This document shows, one piece after another, positions 24,517 to 36,423 of a DNA stretch of 64,000 nt. Position 1 is the first letter of the stretch. Each line of letters opens with the position of its first letter. The position numbers were made by a program, and so were the translations under genes. Origin of the DNA: Piromyces finnis finn. Its lineage: Eukaryota; Fungi; Neocallimastigomycota. The DNA lies in NCBI GenBank assembly GCA_002104945.1, contig MCFH01000040.1:1-64000 (forward strand). Reading direction: 5' to 3'. Under the pieces are notes generated by a model that saw nothing but the letters and a program-made list of their open reading frames with translations, made no database searches and had not been told where the DNA came from.

Positions 24517-27384
24517 ATGTCAAAAATTTCAGTCCTTATCGGACGTTTAAAGAAATTCATTTTCTATTTAATTATTTTTTGTTTAGTTCGTTCTTATTTA
24601 CGTAGAAAGAGAGGAGATGACGGTAATAAAAGAATTAGCGGTCCTCCAGAAAGAAAAAGAATTACAGATGAACGTAAACAGGAATTAGAAGAAAAACCAT
24701 CAAATTCATTAAAAAATGATAAAGAAAACATCGAAGAATCAGAATCTTCAAATGAAAAAGCTACAGTTTCTTTAGAAAATACCGAAACTGCTGTTGACGA
24801 TGATTTTAAAAAGGAAGAAAATATTAAAGAGTCGGTAGAAGATGATTTATCTCTTTCATTAACTGAGGAAATTAAAGACCCAAAACTTTTTAAGGAAAGT
24901 AATTTACTTGATATTGAAAAAACTGAAGTTATAAACGACAATGAAAATGAAATGGAAGTAAAAACTCGTGAAATTGTAATAAATAATATTGAAGTTATCC
25001 CAGATGAAATTATTGTTCCAAATCATTTAATATTAGATAAAAATGATATTCAAATTCAAAATGAAATTGTCGAAGATATTAAAAATTCAAATAATAAACC
25101 GACAGATGAAATTTTATCACTGGAAAAAAGTTCATACATTGAAGAAGAAGTAATGACTAATATCGAAACTGAAGAAAATAAATCTAAAGCAGAAGAATTA
25201 ATAAATGAGATTGAAGAAGAAATTGTTGAAGAATCTGAACAATTAATCGAAACTATTGAAGAAAATGCCGTACCACAAGAACCAGAAAAGGTGAATATTG
25301 AATCCACCGAAGCATTAGAAGAAACAAGTAATAATGTTGAAATTGAAGAAAAGATTATTGAATCAACTGTTGAAGATGTAGCTGATTCTAAGGAAATTAT
25401 TGAAAATATTGTTGAAAATGAACCAGCTGAAAAAGAAGAAGAAAAAATTAATGATGAAATATCATCCATACCTTTAGATGAAAGTACCAAACAATCACAA
25501 TTAAATAATGAAGTAATGGAAGAAATTATTCAATTACCAATTGTTGAAGAACAACAACCAGCTTCAACCATTTCAAATCAATTAGAAAAGGAAGAAGAAA
25601 AGCCAGAAATTACTGAAGAAAGTTCTCGTGATATGCAAAAAGTTAGTGAAAATGAACCACAATCAATCGAGTTATTAATTAGCGAAATTGAAAAGGTTGT
25701 TAATGATTCCGAATCCGATGTATCTTTCATTAAAGAAAATGAATTAGAACAAAAATCTGAAACCGATACCGAAAAAATTGTTGAATCAAAACCAGTTGTG
25801 AACGCTGCTGATATTATTGGTCATGAAGAAATTATTTATGAAAATGATGTGGATGGTGATGATGATGGTGAATGGGTAGATGATGATGATGGTGAGTGGA
25901 TTGATGAAGATGAAGATGATGGTGAATGGGTTGATGAAGATGATGAAGATAAAGAAATTGAGGAAGTAAAACCAGAAATTAATAAGAGACAATCTCTTCT
26001 CATTAATACTAATATGGATATTACTCAAAAAAGACAATCCCTTATTTTTAATAATACTCCCATTGACTCCATGAAAAGACAATCTCTTCTTCTTAATAAT
26101 TCAATAGACATTTTAAAGAGTTCATTGATGGCTCCTTTAGCTTCCAATAACAATACATTACCAGTAGTTGCACCACCAGAAGAAGAAAAATCAAAGGTTT
26201 TACCAGATGCTATTCTTGATCGTATTTTTAGAGAAACTGATCCACAAACCATGTGGGTTTTACGTAATACAAGTTTAAAAACTAGAGCTATTGTAGATAA
26301 TATTTTAAAGGAAACATTTGAACAATTTGATCTTTCCATGGATCCATTATATTTCGATGTTACCTCAAAGGAAAATTTAGGATTAGTTCTTAATTCCTTA
26401 GACTTATCCCCATTTGCTTTAGCAATGCTTTTACATGAGATTTTAAAATTAGATTCTCAACATATTGGTTATGCCTTTGGTCAAATGTATCGTGTTCCAA
26501 GTAAGATTGATATTGATTATCTTACCGATCTTATTGTTGAAACTTTAAGTATTTTAAAGAGAAAGAGAGATGTTGATATTTCAGATATTATGCTTGGATT
26601 ACAACAATATTATTGTTTCAATCATAGTGAATTAGAATTCTATGAACTTTTTGATTTGATTGAAATGACTCCACAAGAAGTTGCTAAGTTTATTCAAAAC
26701 CATCATCACTTTATTCTCTCAAAGAGTTTACCACCATTACTTAAAGCTTTAGATGTTGATGAAGTTTTTGTTTCTGAAATGTGCAAATCCTATGCTAATG
26801 ATGATATGGATGCTTTTGCCAGAATTATTTCAAAGGTCCCAGTTCAATATGTTCGTACAAGTATTTTCCCTGGTGATGTCCAAGGAGATCGTGTCGTTGT
26901 TGTTAATGAAAATGGTGAAAATGTCATAGTTGTATTAAATGATGAAAAAAATAAACAAAATCATTCAAATAAATCAACTCATGAAGGTGAATGGGAAGAA
27001 GAAGAAGAAGCTATTGAAGATAATATCAATGGTGAAAGTATGATTATTGTAGAAAATAATGAATCCTTTAGTTTAATGGTTGGACGTATTTTACGTTTCT
27101 TAAACATGTCAACTAGTGAAGTTGCAAGTTTATTCAAATACCTTCCAGAATATTGTTCCTATGATGAAGAAGAAATTTTAGAAGGATTAAATTGGAACGA
27201 AGAACAAATTGCTGAAATGAGACAAATTATGAAAGATGAACAAGATAAAATTGCTCGTAAAATGAAAGAACTTAGTAAATTAATTATTCAAAGACGTATA
27301 TCTATTAGTAATATGAATAGTCCTTTAGGTAGTCCTGTTGGTAGAAGTCCAAGTGTTTCTTCTTCAGGATCACGTCTTATCTAA
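24517..27384 (+). CDS. Intronless 955-aa protein: N-terminal signal-anchor, Glu-rich low-complexity region, F-box-like motif and helical C-terminal domain
   Basis: Single long ORF with coding-like composition. Hydrophobic FIFYLIIFCLV flanked by KK and RRKR. F-box-like LPDAILDRIFRETDPQTMWVLRNTSLKTRAIV at ~26200-26295. Confidence 0.85.
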   Translation: MSKISVLIGRLKKFIFYLIIFCLVRSYLRRKRGDDGNKRISGPPERKRITDERKQELEEKPSNSLKNDKENIEESESSNEKATVSLENTETAVDDDFKKEENIKESVEDDLSLSLTEEIKDPKLFKESNLLDIEKTEVINDNENEMEVKTREIVINNIEVIPDEIIVPNHLILDKNDIQIQNEIVEDIKNSNNKPTDEILSLEKSSYIEEEVMTNIETEENKSKAEELINEIEEEIVEESEQLIETIEENAVPQEPEKVNIESTEALEETSNNVEIEEKIIESTVEDVADSKEIIENIVENEPAEKEEEKINDEISSIPLDESTKQSQLNNEVMEEIIQLPIVEEQQPASTISNQLEKEEEKPEITEESSRDMQKVSENEPQSIELLISEIEKVVNDSESDVSFIKENELEQKSETDTEKIVESKPVVNAADIIGHEEIIYENDVDGDDDGEWVDDDDGEWIDEDEDDGEWVDEDDEDKEIEEVKPEINKRQSLLINTNMDITQKRQSLIFNNTPIDSMKRQSLLLNNSIDILKSSLMAPLASNNNTLPVVAPPEEEKSKVLPDAILDRIFRETDPQTMWVLRNTSLKTRAIVDNILKETFEQFDLSMDPLYFDVTSKENLGLVLNSLDLSPFALAMLLHEILKLDSQHIGYAFGQMYRVPSKIDIDYLTDLIVETLSILKRKRDVDISDIMLGLQQYYCFNHSELEFYELFDLIEMTPQEVAKFIQNHHHFILSKSLPPLLKALDVDEVFVSEMCKSYANDDMDAFARIISKVPVQYVRTSIFPGDVQGDRVVVVNENGENVIVVLNDEKNKQNHSNKSTHEGEWEEEEEAIEDNINGESMIIVENNESFSLMVGRILRFLNMSTSEVASLFKYLPEYCSYDEEEILEGLNWNEEQIAEMRQIMKDEQDKIARKMKELSKLIIQRRISISNMNSPLGSPVGRSPSVSSSGSRLI

Positions 27385-28424
27385 AGTAGTCGTCGTCATT
27401 GAAATAAAATAGATATGTGAAAGAAAAAATAAACCATCTATTTTGAAACAATATTTTGTTTTAATAATACTCTATTCTACCACCACCAACATAATCATCA
27501 ACTTTTTTTTTTTTCCAAAGAAAAAGTATATACATTTACCTACATCATTTTTATTCTATCGAACGAATAAACATAAAAAATTTATTCATTGTATATTTTA
27601 AGTTAAAAACAAAACAAAAAACAAATAAGCAAACAATAAATACAATCATAAAATTTACAACAACAGCAACAAAAAAAAATATTAAAAAAAAAAAAAAAAT
27701 TAAAGAATAAAAAATACCAAAAAAAAAAAAATTTTTTTTTAATTTATTGTTTAATTTTTTTTTTTTTTTAATCTATATTAAAAAAAGTTAAGTATATCTA
27801 TGTATTTATAAAAGAAATGAAAAGATAAATCCATCTATAGTATTTTTTTCTTTTCTTTTCTTTTTATATTATATATTATATATTTAGTTTTTATTTTTTT
27901 TTATTTTTTCGATTTTTTTTATTAAAAAAAAAAAAAAATAATAATAATCATTAAATTATTAATATAGGATTTAAGTAGTTATTATCTATTTATTAATATT
28001 CAATAATAATGTGATATAATATATAATTAATAGTAAGAAAAATGAAAAAGTTTTTAAAGGTTCAGAGGATTCAATAAAAAAAAAAAAAAAAAAAGAAAGA
28101 AAAAAATAAATTAATACAGAATATTCAATATAGAGGTAAAAAAAAAAAAAAAAAAAAAAAATTTAGAATGATCTCTAAAAAAAAAAAAAACTTTTCCTTT
28201 TTTCTTATATATTTTATATTTTAATTATCACCAAAAAATAATTTAAACTATAATAAAAATTTTTTTAAAAGAAAAAAAAAAAATAATATATATTTTGGTA
28301 ATTGAACAGATTATACATTTTATTTTATTTTATTTTATTATTTTGTATTGGCTTTTTATTTATTTAAATTTATTTATCTTATTTTCTTTATTGAATTGCT
28401 TTTTGAGTATTTTTTTTTTTTTTT

Positions 28425-30108
28425 TTATATATTGAAAACCTTTCTTGTATTATTGTATATTAATGTAGCTAATTCATTAATATCCATCTTTTTTATATTT
28501 GCAATAACAGAAAGAACTTGACTATTAATAGTTAAATAAATAAATAAATTATTAATATAAATTGATGGGTGATTGATAGATAAAGAAAAAAATAGTGTAT
28601 TAAAATATTAATTTTTTACAATATATATATATATATTTGAAACTTACAGTAATTGACATGGTTCATTTCTACCCTTAACTTGACAGCCTTTTTGGAAACG
28701 TTCTTTTTTCTTAAATTGTTCTGGAGCATCAATGAATTTTGGATCAAGATATTTATAGGAGGCATGAGTTCTACGAATATCACACCATGGTGCATCTTTT
28801 ATAAAAGTTTTATTATTATTATTATTATTATTATTATATGATATAGTTGAAATTATATTACAATATTTTTTTTCATTATTATGCCTATTTACCTGTTCCA
28901 ATCATAATTTTTTCAGCTGGAATAGCTTCTATTACTTTAAGATTTTCTTCGGTTTTTAAGGAACATCCATTAAAACCAATATATAAATCTAAATCATTAA
29001 CAATAGTTAATGCTTCTTCAACTGAACCTGTAAAGGAGTGAACAACAGCAGTAGTAAACATATTACGATGTTCTTTTACCATTTCTACAAAATCATTATT
29101 AGTATTTCTATTATGGAGAATCATTGGTAAACCAGTTTCCTTGGCGAGTTCAAATTGAACTTTAAAGAATCTTTTAATTATTATTATTTCATTGTTTTTT
29201 TTTATTTTTTTTTTTATAATAATTTATATATATACGAAAATAATGAAAATAAAAAATAAAAAAGAATATTAATAACAATGAATGAATAAGAATGCCATTA
29301 TATATTTTATAAAGATTATCATATTTCAGTTTAAAAGGAAAAAAAAAAAATTTTTTTTTATTTTTATTTCATATCCTACCTTTTTTGAACATCAATTGGG
29401 CAAAATTGAGTTCTATCATAATCTAAACCACATTCACCAATAGCAACAACACTTTTCTTATTTTCTTTGACAACTTTTAATAAACGTTGGTAATAATCTT
29501 CTGGACCTTCTTTGTGCTCTAAAAATTCTGAACATCTGGTTGGGTGACAACCAACAGTAGAAAAAATGGAATCCGCTATTGATAATAAATAACCATACAT
29601 TATTAAAATAATGGAAATAATAAAAAAAATAAATAGGTTTATATTTATTTTTATTTTTATTTTTATTTTTTCAGTATATTTTATTCAATATCTTTCATAC
29701 GAAATTTGGAAGTTATTTTTAAAGCAGATTCACTATCGTCTAAATTTCCTGCTAAAGTAATCATTTTTTCAACACCTCTTTCTTGAGCTCTTGCAATAAT
29801 GTCATCAAAATCATCTTTATAAATAGATATACATTTTAATTTTTAAATTTTATATATATAAATGAAAAATGCATTTCAGTTTATAGAAAATATGCAAATA
29901 TATCTCTTCTTAATAGATTTGTTTTATTAATTTTAAATGTAAAATAGCTGTTTTTTGAATTATTGTATTTCATACCTTCATGAACTTGTTTATCTCTGTA
30001 TATACCATAAAACATTGGGTCGGTTAAATTAACCGCAACATCTTTAATTATATATTTAAAAAATAAAAGAAAAAGAAAAAAGAAAACGTTTAAAAAAATA
30101 AATTTCAA
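28425..30108 (-). CDS. TATDN1: TatD-family DNase (TATDN1-like); start codon unresolved
   Basis: Motifs [71 protein letters not shown] and GRNEPC. The last exon QVLSVIA...NNTRKVFNI* stops at 28425-28427. Confidence 0.92.
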
Positions 30109-30764
30109 TAGTATTATTTACCTTTTTATTATAAATATATATTAAAAACAAGTGAAAAGAAGATTAAAAACAGAAAATATGTTTGTTTAGAAATTTATAG
30201 ATTTTTAACTTCTAATTACATTTTTATTAATTTTGAAATGTAATTAATAGAAATCCAAATATATATTATAACATTCTTTTATTTATTATATGAATTTATT
30301 ATTTTCTTTTCTTTTATTTTTATTTTTTGTTTTTATTTTTGTTATAATTTAAAATATATCATATTATATTTTTTAAAAAAATAAATGAGAAAGAAATATT
30401 ATATACCAATTAATTTTAAACTCATTTTTTTAAATTGTAATTTATTTTAGTATAAAATTAAAAAAATAATAAAAAAAAAAAATTAAAGCTTAAGTAAAAT
30501 TTATAATTTTTTCAAAAATTTCTGTATCACTTTATTTATTTTTAACTACATTAACTCCATACTTTTTTTTTTTTTTTCCCTTCTCTCATAGGTTTTTATT
30601 TTTATACATATAAATTATATAAATATTATAAATTATGTTATATTATATTAATGCCTCTTTTTTTTTTTTTATTAATAATATTTTTATTATTTTTTTTAAA
30701 AAAAAAAGTTATTCTATATTATTAATATTTCTATTATTGCTATTTCATTCAGTATAAATTTTTA

Positions 30765-32294
30765 TTAAACATTTTCATCATTATGATATAACATATCATA
30801 ATGTCCTGGGGTAAAAAGAAGATTGATAACAGGTGAATTAGCATCCTTTTGATATTCTTCACCAAATTTAATCCAGTTGACGTTATTATTAGTACTATCA
30901 AGATATGCAATATTTATACAAACTTTTAAAGCATTAACAATTGCCATAATTTGTACATTGTCAACATCACGACCAAGTGGTTCAACCTATTTTAATTATT
31001 AATAATTATATATATATATATATAACGGAACAGTTATTCATAAATATTATAGGATAAATCCCTTTTTTTTTTAATGTAATAATAATGATAATAATGATAA
31101 AAATTACTTGTCTAGAAATAAAACTATCAAGAGGTTCTTCTAAAAACATTTCATAAGCTTCATGATTAATTTTTAATTCTGCGGAACAAATGAGACGTAA
31201 ATAAAAAACAATGCCATTACTAGTATATTCATCAACAAATGAAATTTCTCTAAATTTTTGTGGGTCAAAGGCATCCATAAAGAAATCATAAAAATCTTCA
31301 ATGGTTTCTTTTTCAAAATTAACAGAGGTTAAAACATTTATTGAGTCTTTAGCAATTTTTTTCATTTCTTGACTCCATTTTGAATTTTTATTTTTATTAA
31401 TTAATTCAAAATACTAAAAAAAAAATAAAATAAAATAATAGTAATTGTAATAAAATAAAGAAACCATAAATTTTATTAGATAAAAATTAAATTATGATAG
31501 TAATAGTTAATTATTATTACATCTTTGATAATAAATTACAAATGATTTTTTTTTTTTACCTTGTATGAAAAAGAACGGTAAAAGCAATTGCCATCTTTTC
31601 TTACACTTCTATAACCTTTACAATCATTTTTAAGTTGCTATTGATATATATACGAAAGAAAATAATGTATCATACATTATTTTGTCAGAATTTTCTAAAT
31701 TAAAAATTCAGTATCAATGTTTAATAATAATTTAAAATTTTATATTCATAGGTATCTTACATTTATTTTTTTTGAAAATATTTCAGAATCAATATAGTTC
31801 ACTTTATAGTTTTCAATAACATCATATTCTGAAACTAAAGGTTTTTTTTCTTCATCTTCCTGTAGTATTAAATAACAAAGAAAAATAAAATTTTGAAAAA
31901 TGACATTTTTTATATTTAAATAGGTAAATATTAAATATTTATAATGTAATTATAAAATTCATATATATAAATGTATATAATAATGACTTTAACGAATACA
32001 CAATTTAATATTGTGTATCAATTTTAATAATATAATTAAAAGAAAAATATATATATATATATATATATTTTTATTGAAATGTGTATTAATAGTAATGACA
32101 AAGATTAACCATTTCTATAAATATCAAATGTATTTTTGAAATATCATAGATATATATAATTATATGTAGATATATAATAGAATATTTAATTAATGAAAGT
32201 TCAACTTATTTACTTTGATTAAATTTTCGTAATTAATAATGTTCTCATCAGTAAGGTCTGCATAATTAATATCGTTTTCTTTTGGAGAATCCAT
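30765..32294 (-). CDS. OTUB1: Otubain-family ubiquitin thioesterase (peptidase C65)
   Basis: Catalytic RKDGNCFYRSF and LLFTPGHYDMLY, plus YLRLICSA and VEPLGRDVDNVQIMAIVNAL. ATG at 32294 (MDSPKEND). Confidence 0.9.
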
Positions 32295-34197
32295 ATTTTA
32301 TTTATAATGAATAGTATTTTAAATTATATTATATTTATTGAATTATATATATTCTAGTGTATATATATGTTTTTTTTCCAAGTTTAAAAATGTTCTAATA
32401 CATTAAAAGTATAAAGTTTAAAAAAAAAAAAAAGACTATTTATACATTTATTGAAAAGAATATTTTTATTTTAAACAATGCACTTTTTACTTTAATTTTA
32501 AGTTTTTTTAATTTAAATATTTTTTAATTAAAAAAAATTTCCACTTTCATATTAAAATGTACAAAATTTAAATAGGAATTAAATTATTTTAAAATTACTC
32601 TAAAATAATGGCAAAGTACATTCAATTGATGTATACACTAGTATTGAAGATAGTAACATAAAAAAGGTTTAATAACAATATCTTTATTCATAAATAATAA
32701 AAGTCAATGATATTTAAATAAAAACTTTTTATTTTTTTGATATAGTAATAAGAAATTCATTAAAATTTTAAAAATAAATAAATGATCTCTACACGTGATT
32801 CCTTTGTACTACATTCATGTTTAATAAAACCAAAAGTAAAATTATAAAATGATAGTAAATTTAAAAAAAAAAAAAAACATGTTTTTAAAGCTATTTTTAA
32901 AGCTGTTTTCCTTGATATAACTATATGAATATACTATAAATACTTTTTATTTCATTGTTTATTAACTGTTTTTTATAGAAAAAAGTATAATCTTAAAAGA
33001 TACTTTTTTATCATTAAAAGTTTATATTTAAAAAAGAGTATTTTTTATTTCATGAAAATGGTTGATTATTTTCAATATAAGGATTTATTATTCAATATTT
33101 ATTTAATTATATTATATATTAAACCAAAAGAAAAAAGACTCTTTTCATAAATATAAATAAATACAAATATCATTTATTTACTTTTAATATTAATTCATTA
33201 CCATTACCATCAACTTTTTATATAAAAATTTGTCTTATGATATAAAAATGATATTTCATCATGAATCATGACTATTTATTCTCTTTTTTTAATATGGAAA
33301 ATTAATAGTAAATATTAATATGAAAATAAAACATAAAAATAAAAAAACTTTTTTTATTGTTATACTTTTTACTTTTTTTTTAAATAATCATTATATTAGA
33401 AATTACTAAATCTTTACTTTATTTTTTATTTTTATTATATCAAAATATTCTTTCTTTTCATAACAATTTCTTTTTGTTATTTAAAACAACGATAATACAA
33501 AATAATCTTGAAACTCTTTGTAAAGATTTTTTTACCAATAAAAATGTTTAAACATCACTTTTGAAACCTTAATTAATAATAAAATTATTTATATTTATAT
33601 AAATGAATGGATTAAAAAATTATTAATTAAATAAATGGATAAAATAAAAAATAAATAAATTTTAATATTTTAATAATTAATTATTTTTACCTGATAAAAA
33701 GGAATGAAAAAAGTATATAAAAAGAAATATTTCTTTTTTTATTTTTTTAAAAAAAGTATATATCATATATCTGAAATAGAATAGTAATAATAGTAATAAT
33801 AATAATAATAAAAAGAAAGAGATAAAATACTATTACTTTAAAAAGGTTAGTGTTTATTGAAAGACTAAAAGAAAACAATAATTTTATTGTTATATATTAT
33901 ATTTAAGAAAATTAAAAATTGTAATAATTTTTAAAGACCCAATTCGTCTTAAAATACATTTTAAAAAATTCCCAAAAATAATATTTTATTCATAAATAAA
34001 TATTATTATTTAGTTGTATCTTTCTATTACTTATCATTTATTCTTAATATTATTTTATAATTTATAAACAAATAAAATCATATTCTAAAAATAATACCCT
34101 CCAATAAAAAATATTATTATTATTAATTTCAAATTTGTTTACATATATATTAATTCAAATAAATATTAATAATTGAATTTAAATAGAATTTATCAAA

Positions 34198-34871
34198 ATG
34201 AATACAGATAAAGAGTCAATTACTCAAGAAAGACAACAATTATTAAATAGTTTTAGAAAATCATTGGATGCTATTGTTCAAAAAGCTTCCCAAGATAAAG
34301 CTCCAATTACCGAGGAAGAACCACAACTTGAAAAGTTTTGCTCTACATTAGAAGGCATTCTTCAATTTGGTTTTAAGCATCGTAAATATATAATTTTATT
34401 ATGAAAATAAATATACATATATATTATAACAAGAAAATAAAATAAATATTAGAAAAATTACACTTTATATTGTATATAATAATTATACTATATATTAAGC
34501 ATTTTCAAAATATTTTACTGGTATTAATTATACAATATAATATTTTTAAATATTTTTTTTTTTTTTTTTATTTTATTTTATGTAGAGGATAAGAGTGTTC
34601 AATTATTAGAAAATGTCTGGAATTTTATTTCAAATACTTTAAGAAATTCCATGGAAGGACCAGATTCACAAGAACAACAAAATATTAAAAATAGCAATGA
34701 TAGCATTAATATGAAAAAACAAGAAATAACAAAAAACATGTTAAGTATTGTTGAATATGTTTCAAATTATGCTAGAGAAGAAAATGAAATAATATCTTCT
34801 GTAAAAATTTGGATACAAGCTAGTTTAGTTCACCAAGTAATTATCACAATTTTAATTTAAATATATATGAC

Positions 34872-34918
<47 letters not shown>

Positions 34919-35690
34919 ATTAAGTTTTTATTGACAAATAAAATTATGAAATTACATATATATATTTTAATTATATAATAAAAGGTATTTTCATTACAAT
35001 GGCAAACTCTTATGAACGATACCCTAGCTATACAGTACTATTTTTTATTAAATATTTAATAGTTATATATATATATAAATTCCATAATAACTAAATTATT
35101 TGTCATATTTTTAATATAAATAATAAATAATTTTGCAGAGAAAATTACGAAGATTGGGCTATAGTAAGAACCTTGGATGATTCCATCTTAATTTCTGGAT
35201 TTTTAAACGTTTTTGATACTATAGAATTCAATATTAATACTATTCCATTTGAAATTCTTGAAAATGAATCAGTATCAAATCAACAAAATATCTTTAGTGA
35301 TACCATGGGAAAGTAAGTAGAATAAAATATATATTTCTATATAAAACTAAATGAATTCCATTGAAATAAGATATTTTTAATGCTTATTTGATAAAATTGA
35401 ATTAACATGTCACTATTATAAAAAATAATTGATAACTTATATCATTTAGTATTCGTGAAACAATTAATAACACCCTTCAGAGAACCTCAGTTCATTTACA
35501 AAAACTTCAACAAAATATAAATGATAAAAATACTCAAGTATTAAAAGATAAAATTGCTCAACTACAAGAAGAAAAGAAAAAGATGCAACAAGAAATTAAT
35601 GCTTTACATCTCACTTTAGAAGCTGAACGTCGTTTACGTCAAAATCTTGAAAATGAATTAGAAGCTATTCGCCAAAAAGAAAAAAAATAA
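34198..35690 (+). CDS. RUN-domain protein with a C-terminal coiled coil
   Basis: Helix A motif LEKFCSTLEGILQFGFK, then VWNFIQ, VKIWIQASLVHQ and ENYEDWAIV...FLNVFDTIEFNI match the RUN pattern. Heptad-rich tail; stop at 35688-35690. Confidence 0.72.
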
Positions 35691-35999
35691 AACTATTTCC
35701 ATAAAAAATTCAAATTAACAAAGTTGTTAAATATTGTAATATAAATAAATTTACCAAACAAAACTTATTAATTTAATTCAAATATGATTATTTTCTTTTT
35801 AATGAAAATAATAAATATATAAATAAATAAATAAATAAATAAATAAGTATTTATTTATTTATTAAAATGTATAATACATAAGAATATAAATATAAAAAAC
35901 AATCTAAAATTCACATTATATATATAAATCATAATAATATAAATATTAATATAAATATTAGTAACAATAAGTATTACAAGAATAAGTAAAAAGTTAATA

Positions 36000-36038
<39 letters not shown>

Positions 36039-36423
36039 AGCTCTCTATGAAATTATAGTCAATTTAAATAAAACACTAGTTTATATTATATTAATTACAT
36101 TTAAAAGAATAAATAATATATAAAAAGTGTTTTAGTAACAATAATAAAATATTAAAAATATTATAATTATAAAATATTAAAAATAAAATAAATAAAAGAA
36201 AAAGAAAAAATAAATTTTTATTCAAAATATATATATTTTAATTTATTAATATTCATGTTTTTATTTCATAAAAAATTATATTATGATAATGATAATTTAA
36301 AAAGTTGCTAATCCGGCGGCCCTTATTATATAACAAATAAAATTAAAAAACATTATTAATTTATTATTATAATATGGGAGTATAATATATAATATTTTTT
36401 TTAATTTATATTTATGTTATTTT

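Noticed and set aside
24594-26339. Minus-strand ORFs 24594-24941, 25056-25490, 25786-26082 and 26025-26339
   Set aside because: Antisense shadows of the GAA/GAT-rich 955-aa gene (Ser/Phe-rich, no motifs).
36301-36325. Isolated GC-rich motif ATCCGGCGGCCC in AT-rich DNA (ncRNA or Helitron hairpin?)
   Set aside because: It is not palindromic and has no CTRR end. On the minus strand it follows an AG acceptor and can serve as a terminal mini-exon of DYNC2LI1 (…DR-G-PPD*).
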